Shown: positions 1-22,830 of the stretch, piece by piece
Layout: each line of letters starts with the position of its first letter
Position numbering within the stretch: position 1 is the first letter of the stretch
Assembly: GCF_009914755.1 (NCBI RefSeq)
Contig: NC_060945.1
Direction: 5' to 3' (one strand)
DNA: 64,000 nucleotides
DNA from: the human T2T-CHM13v2.0 reference genome, Homo sapiens
The notes under the pieces: model-generated
Database searches by the model: none
What the model saw: the letters and a program-made list of their open reading frames with translations, nothing else
What the model was told of the DNA's origin: nothing
Translations under genes and position numbers: made by a program

Positions 1-1225
1 GCACTCTCCCACACTCAGGCTCCTCGGTCGCCTCCGCAACCGGGCAAAATCCAGGAGGACCGGGACCTGCAGCACGATGGCCTGCCGGGCCCTTGTGCGG
101 TGGGACAGCCAGGGCCCGCTCATGCGGGGCCACAGGGCCAAGGTGTGCTTGCGCCACCCGCATCCCAGGGGAGTCCGTGGTGGGGCTGGGGCCGGGGTTC
201 CCAGGTCGCTGGGGTGGCGTGGGAACGCCAAGCAGGGGAAGCTCCACCTCGCCAGCCCTTGCCCCCGGAGGCCTCCCCGCAGCAGGAGCAGACGCAATGC
301 ATCCTGGCGCCCTCCCAGGCGATTCAAGAGCCAGGGCGCTCATCTGTACTCCCCTCCGGCCTGCTGCTGGATGAGCTCCTGGCGAGCCTGGAGGTTCTGC
401 AGCAGGTGCAAACTTTCCTATAAACTGAGGCCCCGGGGGAGCTGGAGGCCTTGGAAAAGGCTGCATCGCTGGGAGCACCCCTCAGCGAGGAAGAATATTG
501 GGCTCTGCTGGAGGAATTTTAGGACACGGGGTTGAGACGGGGTCAGGATGGGGAAGGGCGGTGGCCTCTTTTTCGTGGGGAACACCTGGCTGGCTATGGA
601 GGGGTGTGTCTTCCCCCCGACCCCTCCACTGGGCTGACCGGCCTGGGATTCCTGCCTTCTAGTTCTAGGCACAGTGAGAGACTGCACCCAGTAGAGAACT
701 GCCATTCGTCCCTGGGCAACCCGGGGATCCAAGAGCCGACCCAGGTACCAGCAGGTGGGCCGCCTACTGTGCACGTGCAGGTTTGCAGGCAGCCGCCTGG
801 GCTGTGGGAGCAGCCTGGGCAGAGCTTTCATGCCTTTCCACCACCCCACACACGCCTGACCATGCCATCCCCACCACACCACCCTCCCCCGGAAAATGCG
901 TCCTTCCCTGGGCTGGGTGGAGACCCCCATCCCGTGAAACACCGGGCCCGTGCAGCGTCCAGGCCTGACACCCCTCCAGCGCCTTGCCTCCTCTGCGCCT
1001 ACCGTCCACTGTCGCCATCCCGCCCGTGCCCCTGCAGCCTCCCAGCTGCCACCATAGAGCGCATGGCAGCGGAACGCAGACTTCTATCTCTCTTTGCTGG
1101 CCTCCTGGCTAGGCCTGCGCTCATTGCGCACACCGGCTGACTTGCAAGGGAGCCCGCTGGTCTCTCTGTGCCCTTCTCCGTCTGTGAAATTCCAGCTGAG
1201 GCTCTCCCAACACATTCCGAGGCTC
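1..1225 (+). pseudogene. DUX4-like module 1, 3' part (C-terminal coding region, exon 2-like, pLAM-like end); cut by window edge
   Basis: Translates to [30 protein letters not shown]...[14 protein letters not shown]4 C-terminus-like. Premature TAA at 421-423; native stop position TAG at 520-522 in the same frame; KpnI GGTACC at 744-749. Confidence 0.93.
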
Positions 1226-4200
1226 TTTAGTCAAAACCTGGTGAATAGTTACATATCCTGGATGATCATTTCAGAAATATGTCACAAGGCCACCTCCCTT
1301 TGGATCCTAGAGAAGATTTGCATCCTTTGGGTGATCAGTGCAGAGATATATCACAATGTTCCCTGTACAAAAATCCTGGAAATGATTTACAACACCTTGG
1401 TGATCAGTGCATAGGTATGTCAGAAATTCCCAGTAGGCTGAAACTAGATAAGGGTTACATCACGTAGGTGATCAGTGTAGAGATATGTGAAAATTCCCAT
1501 GTAGACAGAGCCTAGACAAGTGTTACATCACCTAGTGATCAGTGCAGGGATAAGTCATAAAGCCTCCTGTAGGCAGAGTGTAGACAAGTATTTCCACCCT
1601 GGGGTGATCTGTGCGGAGATATGTCACAAAGCCCATGTAAGCAGAACCTTGAGATGGGTCACATCATCTGTTTGATCAGTGGAAATGTATATCACAAAGC
1701 CCCCTGTAGGCAAAGCCCAGATAATTGTTACATCACCTGGGTGAGCAGTGGAGAGATCTGTCACAATGCCCCTGTAGGCAGAGCCTAGAAAAGGGTTACA
1801 TCACCTGGGTGATCAGGGCAGAGATATGTCAAAACGCTCCTGTAGGCTGAACCTAGACAGCAGTTACATCACCTGGGTGATCAGTGCAGAGATATGTGAG
1901 AATTCCCGTGTAGGCAGAGCCCAGACAAGTGTTAAATCAGCTACGTTATCAGTGCAGGTATAAGTCATAAAGCCTCCAGTAGGCAGAGCGTAGACAAGAG
2001 ATCCCTCCCCAGGGTGATCAGTGCAGAGATGTGTCACAAAGCCCCTGTAGGCAGAGCCTAGACAATACATTCATCACTTAGTGGATCAGTTCAGAGATGT
2101 GTCACTATGTCCATGTAGGCAGATCTAAGACAAGAGTCCATCACCTGGGTGATCAGTGCAGAGATATTTACCAATGTCCCCTGGAGGCAGTGCCTAGACA
2201 AGAGTTGCATCACCTCAGATATCAGTGCATGGATATGTCACAAAGCCTTCTGTTGGCAAAGCCCATACAAGGACTACATCACCTTGGTGATCAGTGCAGT
2301 GATATGTCACAAAAAATCCCTGTAGGCAGAGACTAGAAAAGAGTTACATCACGTGGGTGGTCAGTGCAGATATTTGACACAATGCCCCCATAGACAGAGC
2401 ATAGACAAGACTTCCATCACCTGGGAGATCAGTGCAGAGATATGTCACAAATCGACCTCTAGGCAGAGTATAGAGAAGAGTCCCATCACATGGGTGAACA
2501 GTGCAGAGATATTTCACAATGCCCGCTGTAGACAGAGAGTGGACAAGAGTTACATAGCCTAGGTGATCTGTGGAGAGGTATGTCAAAACACCCCTGTAGG
2601 CAGAGTCTAGATAAATGTTACATCACCTGGGTGATCAGTGCAGAGATACATCACAATACCCCCTATAGGTGGAGCCTACACAAGAGTAACATCACCTGGG
2701 TGATCAGTGAAGAGACTCGTCACAATACGCCCTGTAGGTGGAGCCTAGACAAGAGTTATATCACCTGGGTGATCAGTACAGAAATATGTCACAAAGCCCC
2801 TGTAGGCTGAGCCTAGACAAGAGTTACATCTCCTGGATGATCAGTGCCAAGATATGTCACAAAGCCCCCTGTAGACAAATCCTAGAAAATTGTTACATCA
2901 CCTGGGTGATCAGTGGAGATATCTGTCACAATTCCCCTTTAGGCGCAGCATAGACAAGCGTTACATCACATGAGTGATCAATGCAGAGATATGTCACTAT
3001 GCCCCCATAGGCAGATCTAAGACAAGAGTCCATCACCTGGGTGATCAGTGCAGAAATATGCCACAATGCCGCCAATAGGCAGATATAGACAAGAGTTACA
3101 TCACCTGCGTTATCACTGCAGAGATCTGTCACAATGCCCCTGTAGGCAGAGCCCAGTCAAGGGTCCCAACACCTGGGTGATAAGTGCAGAGTTGTGTCAC
3201 AAAGCCCCCATTTGACAGAGCCTAGAGAGGGGTTACATCACCTGGGTGGTCAGTGCAGAGATGTTTCACAAGTCTCCTGTAGCCAGAGCCTAGACAAGAG
3301 TTACATCAACTGTGTGATCAGTGCCCTGACATGTCACAATATCCCAGTAGCCATATCATTGACAAAAGTGACATAACCTGGGTGATCAGTGCGGAGATAT
3401 GTCACAATGTCTCCAGTAGGCAGAGCCTAGACAAGAGTTACATCACCTGGGTGATCATGGCAGAGATATATCACAATGCCCCCTGTAAGCTGATCCCAGA
3501 AATGAGTTGCATCACCTCGGTGATCAGTGCAGAGATATGTCATAAATCCCACTGTAGGCAAAGCCTAGACCAGTTTTACATCACCTCAGTGATCATTACA
3601 GAGATATGTCCCAATGTCCCTCTAGACTGAGCTTAGACAAGAGTCACATCTCCTGGGTGATCAGTGCAGAGATAAGTCACAATGCCCCCATAGGCAGAGC
3701 ATAGACAAGACTTACATAACCTGGGTTATCCGTGCAGAGTTATGTCACAACGCCCTCTGTAGGCAGAGACTAGAAAAGAGTTACAACACCTGGGTGATCA
3801 GTGCAGAGATATGTCACAATGCCCCTGTAGGCAGAGCATAGAGTAGAGTTGCATCACCTGGGTGATCAGTGCAGAGATATATCCCAATGTCCTCTGTAGG
3901 CAGAGCATAGAGAAGAGTTGCATCACCTGGGAGATCAGTGCAGAGATATGTCACAATGTCCACTGTAGGCACAGCGAAGGCAAGAGTTGCATCACCTGGG
4001 TGATCAGTGCAGATGTATGTCACAATGTCCCCTGTAGGCAAAGCCTAGGCAAGAGCTACATCACCTTTGTCATCAGTTTAGGGATATGTGAAAATGCCCC
4101 TGTAGGCAGAGCCTTGACAAGAGTTACACCACCTAGTTGATCATTGCAGAGATATTTCACAATACCCCCTGTAGGCATATCTTGGAGAAGAGTTGAATCA

Positions 4201-7200
4201 CCTGGGTGATTTTGTGCAGAGATATTTCGCAGTGCCCCCTTTGGGCAGAGGGTAAACAAGAGTTACATCACCTAGGTGATCATTGCAGAGATTTGTCAAA
4301 ATTCCCTGTAGGCAGTGCTTATAAAAGTGTTACATATACTAAGTGTTCAGTACAGAGATATGTCACAAAGCTCCTGTAGGCAGAACTTAGATGACTTACA
4401 TCACCTGGGTGATCAGTGAAAGGTATGTCAGAAAGCCCCCTGTAGGCAAAGCGTAGAAAATAGTTACATCACTTGGGTGATCAGTGGCGAGATCTCTCAC
4501 AATTCCCCTGTAGGCAGAGCTTTTAAAACAGTTACATCACCTGGGTGATCAGTGCAGAGATATGTCCCAATGCCCCCATAGGCAGATCCAAGACAAGAGT
4601 CCGTCACCTGGGTGATCAGTGCAGAAATATGTCACAATGCCCCCTTAGGCAGAGCCTATACAACAGCCCCATCACCTGGATGATCAGTGCAGATATATGT
4701 CACAAAGTCCCTTTAGGCAGATCCTAGACAAGTGTTACATCACCTGGGTGAGCAGTGCAGAGATATGTCACAATGCCACTGTAGGCAGAGCCTAGACAAG
4801 AGTTACATGACCTAGGTGATCAGTGCAGAGATACATCACAATGCCCCTCTAGGCAGAGCCTTGACAATTGGTATATCACCTGGGTGATCATTGCAGGGAT
4901 ATGTCACAAAGCACCCTGTAGGCAGATCCTAGAGAAGAGTTATATCACCTGGGTGATCAGTGCAGAGATATTTCACAGGACCCCTGTAGGCAGAGCATAG
5001 ACAAGAGTTATGTCACCTGGGTGATCAGTGCAGTGATTTGTCACGATGCCATGTAGCCAGAGCCTAGAATTAAGTTACAGCACCTGGGAGAACAGTGCAG
5101 AGATATGTCACAATGTCCCTAGTAGGCAGAGACCAGGCAAGAGTTGGATCACCTCGGGATCAGTGCAGAGTTATGTCTCAATCCCGCTGTGGGCACAGCC
5201 TAGACAAGAGTTACATCATCTCGCTTAGCAGTGCAGAAATATGTCAAAATGCCCCTGTAGGCAGAGCCTACACAAGTGTTACATCACTTAGGTGATCAGT
5301 GCAGAGATATGTCACAATACCCCCTGTAAGCAGAGTCTAGACAAGAGTTACATCACCTGGGTGATCAGTGCAGAGATATGTGACAAGGCCCCTTTATGCA
5401 TAGCGTAGACAAGAGTTACATCTCCTGGGTGATCAGTGCAAAGATACGTCACAAAGCCTCCTGTAGACAAATACCAGAGTATTCTTACATCACCTGGGTG
5501 ATCAGTGGAGATATCTGACACAATTCCCCTTTAGGCGCAGCTTAGACAAGCGTTACATCACATGAGTGATCAGTGCAGAGATATGTCACTATGCCCCCAT
5601 AGGCAGATCCAAGACAAGGGTCCATCACCTGTGTGATCAGTGCAGAAATATGTCACAATGCCCCTATAGCCATATCCTTGAGAAAAGTGACATCACCTGG
5701 GTGATCAGGGCGGAGATATGTCACAATGTCTCTAGTAGGCAGAGCCTAGGCAGGAGTTACATCACTTGGGTGATCAGGGCTGAGATATGTCACAATGCCC
5801 CCTGTAAGAATATCCCAGAGAAGAGTTGCATCACCTCAGTTATCAGTGCAGAGACATGCCTCAATGCCCACTGTCAGCGATGCCTATACAAGAGTCAAAT
5901 CACCTGGGTGATCAGTGCAGAGGTATCTCACAATACCCCTGTAAGCAGAGCCTAGACAAGAGTTACTTCACCTGGGTTATCAGAGCACAGATATGTCATA
6001 AATCCCACTGTAGGCAAAGCCTAGACAAGTTTTACATCACCTCAGTGATCAGTGCAGAGATATGTCCCAATGTCCCTCTAGGCAGAGCTTAGACAAGAGT
6101 CACATCTCCTGGGTGATCAGTGCAGAGATAAGTCACAATGCCCACATAGGCAGGCCTAGACAAGAGTTACATCACTTAGGTGATCAGCGTAGAGATATGT
6201 GAAAATTGCCCTGTAGACAGAGCTTAGACAAGTGTTACATCACCTAGTGATCAGTGCAGGGATAAGTTGTAAAGCCTCCTGTAGGCAGAGTGTAGACAAT
6301 TGTTTCCTCCATAGGTTGATCAGTGCAGATATATGTCACAAAGCCCCTGTAAGTAGAACCTTGACAAGGGTTACATCACATGTTTGATCAGTGGAAATGT
6401 ATATCACAAAGCCCCCTGTAGGCAAAGCCCAGGCAATTGTTACATCACCTGGGTGAGCAGTGGAGAGATCTGTCACAATGCCTCTGTAGGCAGAGCTTAG
6501 ACAAGGGTTACTTCACTTTGGTGATCAGTGCAGAGATATGTGAGAATTCCCGTGTAGGCAGAGCTGAGACAAGTGTTACATCATCTTGGTTATCAGTGCA
6601 GCTTTAAGTCATAAAGCCTCCTGTAGGCAGAGCGTAGACAAGAGATCCCTCCCCAGGGTGATCAGTGCAGAGATGTGTCACAAAGCCCCTGGAGGCAGAG
6701 CCTAGACAAGAGTTTCATCACTTGGTTGATCAGTTCAGAGATGTGTCACAATGTTCATGTAGGCAGATCTAAGAAAAGAGTCCATCACCTGGGTGATCAG
6801 TGCAGAGTTATATACCAATGTACCATGTAGGCAGTGCCTATAGAAGAGTTGCTTCACCTCAGAGATCAGTGCATAGATATGTCACAAATTCTTCTGTAGG
6901 CAAAGCCCATAAAAGGCTTACATCACTTAGGTGATCAGTGCAATGGTATGTCACAAAAATCCCTGTAGACAGAGCCTAGAAAAGAGTTACATCACCTGGG
7001 TGATCAGTGCAGATATTTGACACAATGCCCCCATAGACAGAGCCCAGACAAGACTTCCATCACCTCGGTGATCAGTGCAGAGATATGCCAGAAATCTCTC
7101 TCCAGGCAGAGTGTAGAGAAGAGTCCCATCACCTAGGTGATCAGTGCAGAGATATTTCACAATGCCCTCTGTAGGTAGAGAGTGGACAAGAGTTACAGAA

Positions 7201-10200
7201 CCTAGGTGATCTTTGCAGAGCTATGTCAAAACTCCCCTGTAGGCAGAGCCTAGATAATTGTTATATCACCTGGGTGATCAGTGCAGAGATACGTCACAAT
7301 AACCCCAGTAGGTGGAGCCTAGAGAAGACTTACATTACCTGGGTGAAAAGTACACATATAGGTCACAAAGCCCCTGTAGTCGGAGCCTAGACAAGAGTTA
7401 CATCACCGGGGTGATCAGTGCACAAACATGTCACAAAGCCCCTGTAGGCCGAACCTAGACAAGAGTTACATCTCCTGGGTGATCAGTACAAAGATATGTC
7501 ACAAAGCCCCCTGTAGACAAATCCCAGAAAATTGTTACATCACCTCGGTGATTATTAGAGACATCTGTAACAATTCCCCTTTAGTCGCAGCATAGACAAG
7601 GGTTACATCACATGAGTGATTAGTGCAGAGATATGTCACTATGCCCCCGTAGGCAGATCCAAGACAAGAGTCCATCACCTGGGTGATCAGTGCAGAAATA
7701 TGCCACAGTGCCGCCAGTAGGCAGATATAGACAAGAGTTACATTACCTGCATGATCACTGTAGAGATATTTCACAATGTCCCTGTAGGCAGAGCATAGAC
7801 AAGTGTCCCATCACCTGGGTGATCAGTGCAGAGTTAGTTCACAATGCCCCCTTTTGGCAGAGCCTAGACAAGGGTTACATCACCTGGGTGATCAGTGCAG
7901 AGATGTGTCACAAGCCTCCTGTAGCCAGAGCCTAGAAAACTGTTACATCAGCTGTGTGATCAGTACAGTGACATGTCACAAAGTCCCTGTAGCCATATCC
8001 TTGACAAAAGTGACATCACCTGGGTGATCAGTGCTGAGATACGTCACAATGTCTCCAGTAGGCAGAGCCTAGACAAGAGTTACATCACCTGGGTGATCAG
8101 GGCAGAGATATGTCACAATGCCCCCTGTAAGCAGATCCCAGAAAAGAGTTGCATCACCTCGGTGGTCAGTGCAGAGATATGTCTCAATGCCCCCTGTGAG
8201 CGAAGCCTATACAAGAGTCACATCATCTCGGTGTTCAGTGCAGTGATATGTGAAAATGCCCCTGTAGGCAGAGCCTAGGCAAGGGTTACATCACCTGGTT
8301 GACCAGTGCAGAGATATCTCACAATATCCCCTGTAAGCAGAGCCTAGACAAGAGTTACATCACCTGGGTGATCATTGTAGAGATATATCATAAATCTCAT
8401 TGTATGCAAAGCCTAGAGAAGTTTTACATCACCTCAGCAATCAGTGCAGAGATATGTCCCAATGCCCCCATAGGCAGATCCAAGACAAGTGTACGTCACC
8501 TGGGTGGTCAGTGCAGAAATACGTCACAATCCTCCCTTAGGCAGAGACTAGAAAAAATCCCCATCACCTGGATGATCAGTGCAGAGTTATGTCACCAGGT
8601 GCCTTCAGGTAGATCCTAGAGAAGAGTTACATCACTTGGATGTTCAGTGCAGAGATATGTCACAATGCCACTGCAGGCAGAGCCTAGACAAGAGTTACAT
8701 GACCTAGGTGATCAGTGAGGAGATACATCGCTATGTCCCTGTAGGCAGAGCCTTGACAAGCAGTACATCACCTGGGTGATCATTGCAGGGATATGTCTCA
8801 AAGTACCCTGTAGGCATATCTTAGAAAAGAGTTACACCACCTGGGTGATCAGTGCAGGGATATGTCACAATGCCACTGTAGGCAGAGCCTAGACAAGTGT
8901 TACATGACCTAGGTGATCAGTGCAGAGATACATCGCAATGCCCCTGTATGTAGAGCCTTGACAACTGGTACGTCACCAGGGTGATCATTACAGGGATATA
9001 TCACGAAGCATGTTGTATTCAGATCCTAGAGAAGAGTTATATAACCTGGGTGATCAGTGCAGAGATATGTCTCAATACCCCCTGTAAGCAGAGCCTAGAC
9101 AAGAGTTACATCACCTGGGTGATCATTGCAGAGATATGTGACAAGCCCCTTTAAGCAGAGCCTAGACAATAGTTACATCACCTGAGTGATCAGTGCAGAG
9201 ATCTCTCACAATAGCCCTTTAGGCAGAGCTTGGACCAGAGTTGCATCACCTGAGTGATCAGCGCAGAGATATGACACAATGTCCCCATAGGCAAATCCAA
9301 GACAAGAGTCCGTCACCTGGGAGATCAGTGCAGAAATATGTGACAATGCCCCCAGTACGCAGAGCCTAGAGAAGAGTTCCATCACCTGGGTGATCAGTGC
9401 AGAGATATTTCCCAATGCTCCTGCAGGGAGAGCACAAGCAAGAGTTACATCACCTAGATGATCAGTGCAGAGATATCTCACAAGGCCCTCTATAGGCAAA
9501 TCCCTGACAAGAGTTACATCAATTCAGTGATCAATGCAGTGATATGTCACTATGCCCCGTAGGCAGAGCCTAGTCAAGCGTTACAGCACCTGGGTGATCA
9601 GTGCACAGTTATGTCACAATGCCCCCTTTTGGCAGAGCCTAGGCAAGGGTTACATCACAGGGGTGATCAGTGCAGAGATGTGTCACAAGCCCCCTGTATC
9701 CAGAGCCTATACAAGAGTTACATCACCTGTGTGATCAGTGCAGTGACATGTCACAGTATCCCTGTAGTCATATCATTGACAAAAGTGACATCACCTGGGT
9801 GATCAGTGCGGAAATATGTCACAATGTCTCCAGTAGGCAGAGCCTAGAAAAGAGTTACATCACCTGGGTGATCAGGGCAGAGATATGTCACAATGCCCCC
9901 TGTAAGCAGATCCAAGACAAGAGTTGCATCACCTCGGTGATCAGTGCAGAGATATGTCTCAATGCCCCCTGTCGGCGAAGCCTATACAAGAGTTACATCA
10001 CATGGGTGATCAGAGCAGAGATGTGTCATAAATCCCACTGTAGGCAAAGCCTAGACAAGTTTGCATCACCTCAGCGATCAGTGCAGAGATATGTCACAAT
10101 GACCCATAGGCAAATCCAAGACAAGAGTCCTTCACTTGGGTGATCAGTGCAGACATGTGTGACAATGCCCACAGTAAGCAGAGCCTAGAGAAGGGTCTCA

Positions 10201-13200
10201 TCACCTGGGTGATCAGTGAAGAGATATTTCACAATGCCCCTGCAGGCAGAGCCTACACAAGTGTTACATCACTTAGGTGATCAGTGCAGAGATATGTCAC
10301 AATACCCAGTGTAAGCAGAGCCTAGACAAGAGTTACATCACCTGGGTAATCAGTGCAGAGATATGTGACAAGGCCCCTTTAAGGAGTGCCTAGACAATAG
10401 TTACATCACCTGGGTGATCAGTGCACAGATATGTGACAATGCCCCTTTAAGCAGAGCCTAGACAATAGTTACATCACCTGAGTGATCAGTGCAGAGATCT
10501 GTCACAATGCCCATTTAGGCAGAGCTTAGACAAGAGTTACATCACCTGGGTGATCAGTGCAGAGATATGTCACAATGGCCCCATAGGCAAATCCAAGACA
10601 AGAGTCCATACCCTGGGTGATCTGTGCAGAATTATGTGACGATGCCCCCAGTAGGCAGAGCCTTGAAAAGTGTCCTATTACCTGGGTGATCAGTGCAGAG
10701 ATATTTCACAATGCCCCTGCAGGCAGTGTGTAAGCAAGAGTTACATCACGTAGATGATCAGTGCAGAGATATGTCACAAGACCCCCTATAGGCTGAGCCT
10801 GGACAACAGTTACATCACCTGGGTGATCAGTGCAGATTTATCTCACAATACCCCCTGTAAGCAGAGCTTAGACAAGAGTTACATAACCTGGGTGATCAGT
10901 GCAGGGATATGTCATAAATCCCACTGTAGGCAAAGCCTAGACAAGTTTTACATCACCTCAGTGATCAGTGCAGAGTTATGTCCCAATGTCCCTTTAGGCA
11001 GAGCTTAGACAAGAATCACATCTCCTGGGTGATCAGTGCAGAGATAAGTCACAATGCCCCCGTAGGCAGAGCCTAGAAAAGAGTTACATAACCCGGGTGA
11101 TCCGTGCAGTGGGATGTCACAACGCCCTCTGTAGGCAGAGAATAGAAAAGAGTTACATCACCTGGGTGATCAGTGCAGAGATATGTCACAATGCCACCTG
11201 TAGGCAGAGCATAGAGAAGAGTTGCATCACCTGTGTGGTCAATGCAGACATATGTCACAATGTCCCCTGTAGGCAGAGCATGGAGAAGAGTTGCATCACC
11301 TGGGTGATCACTGCAGAGATATGTCACAATGTACCCTGTAGGCAAAGCCTAGGCAAGAGTTACATCACCTTTGTCATTGGTTCAGGGATAGGTGAAATCG
11401 CCCCTGTAGGCAGAGCCTAGACAAGATTTACATCACCTAGATGATCAGTGCAGAGACATTTCACAATACCGCTTGTAGGCAGATCCTAGACAAGAGTAGA
11501 ATCACCTGGGTAATCAGGCAGAGATATTTCACAATGCCCCCTTTGGACAGAGGGTAGACAAGTGTTACATAAAAAATGTGATCAGTGCAGAGATTTGTTA
11601 AAATTCCCTGTAGGCAGTGTTTATAAAATCGTTACATCACCTAGATGATCAGTGCAGAGATATGACACAATGCTCCTGTAGGCAGAAATTAGATAAGTTA
11701 CATCACCTGGGTGATCAGTGCAAAGGTTTCTCACAAAGCCCCCTGTAGGCAGAGCCTAAATAATAGTTACATCACTTGGGTCATCATTGGCGAGATCTCT
11801 CACAATTTCCCTGTAGGCAGAGCTTATACAACAGTTACGTCACCTGGGTGATCAGTGCAGAGATAAGTCACAATGCGTCCTTAGGCAGATCCAAAGCAAG
11901 AGTCTGTCACCTCGGTGATCAGTGCAGAAATATGTCACAATGCCCCCTTAGGCAGAGCCTAGACAAAAGCCTCAAAACCTGGATGATCAGTGCAGAGTTA
12001 TGTCACAAAATCCCTTTAGGGAGATCCTAGAAAATAGTTACATCACCTGGGTGATCAGTGCAAAGATATGTCACAATGCCACTGTAGGCAGAGCCTAGAC
12101 AAGAGTTACATGACCTAGGTGATCAGTGCAGAGATACATCGTAATGCCCCTGTAGGCAGAGCCTTGACAAGTGTTATACCACCTGGGTGATCATTGCAGG
12201 GATATGTCACAAAGCACCATGTAGGCAGATCGTAGAGAAGAGTTATGTCACCTGTGTGATCAGTGCAGAGATATGTCACAAGCCCCCTGTAGGCAGAGCC
12301 TAGACAAGAGTTATATCAACTGGGTAATCAGTGCAGTGATATGTCACAATGCATGTAGAAAGAGCCTAGACTAAAGTTACAACACCTGGGAGATCAGTGC
12401 AGAGATATATCACAATGTCCCCATTAGGCAGAGACCAGGGAAGATTTGGATCACCTCGGGATCAGTGCAGAGATATGTCTCAATCCCCCTGTGGGCACAG
12501 CCTAGACAAGAGTTACATCACCTCGGTTAACAGTGCAGTGATATGTCAAGGTGCCCCTGTAGGCAGAGCCTACACAAGTGTTACATCACTTAGGTGATCA
12601 GTGCAGAGATATGTCACAATACTCCCTCTAAGCAGAGCCTAGACAAGAGTTACATCACCTGGGTGACCAGTGCAGAGATATGTGACAAGGCCCCTTTAAG
12701 CAGAGCCTTGACAATAGTTACATCACCTAAGTGATCAGTGCAGAATTCTGTCACAATGCCCCTTTAGGCAGAGCTTAGACCAGAGTTACATCACCTGGGT
12801 GATCAGTGCAGTGATATGTCACAATGCCCCCCTAGGCAAATCCCAGATGAGAGTCCGTCACCTGGGTGATCAGTGCAGACATATGTGACAATGCCCCCAG
12901 TAGGCAGAGCGTAGAGAAGATTCCCATCACCTGGGTGATCAGTGCAGAGATATTTCACAATGCCCCTGCAGGTAGAGCGTAAGCAAGAGTTACATCACCT
13001 AGATGATCTGTGCAGAGATATGTCACAATGCCCCCTAAAAGCAGAGCCTGGACAAGAGTTATATCACCTCAGCGATCAATACAGTGATATGTCACTATGC
13101 CCCATAGGCAGAGCCTAGTGAAGCGTTACATCACCTGGGTGATCAGTGTAGAGATGTGTCATAAAACCGCCATACACAGAGCCTAGACAAGAGTCCCATC

Positions 13201-13433
13201 ACCTGGGTGATCAGTGAAGCAATATGTAACAATGCCCCCATAGGCATATCCAACAAAATAGTTACATCACCTGTGGGATTAGTGTAGAGATATGTCACAA
13301 TACCCCCATAGGCCGAGCCTAGATAAAAGTCCCGTCACCTGGGTGATCAGTGCAGAGATATGTTACAAAGCCCCTGTAGGCAGAGCCTAATCAAGTGTTA
13401 CATCGGTTTGTTGATCAGTTCAGAGATCTGTCA
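1226..13433 (+). repeat. Beta satellite (68-bp Sau3A/BSR) tract, ~12.2 kb
   Basis: Tandem diverged 68-69 bp monomers, consensus GATCAGTGCAGAGATATGTCACAATGCCCCTGTAGGCAGAGCCTAGACAAGAGTTACATCACCTGGGT. Confidence 0.97.

Positions 13434-22830
<9,397 letters not shown>

Noticed and set aside
1226-13433. Many short ORFs with a repeating ITWVISAEICHN/CRQSLDKSY motif (Cys/His-rich, superficially zinc-finger-like), also in all other spacers
   Set aside because: They are translations of 68-69 bp satellite monomers, occur in several frames and on both strands, and have frequent stops and mostly non-ATG starts.
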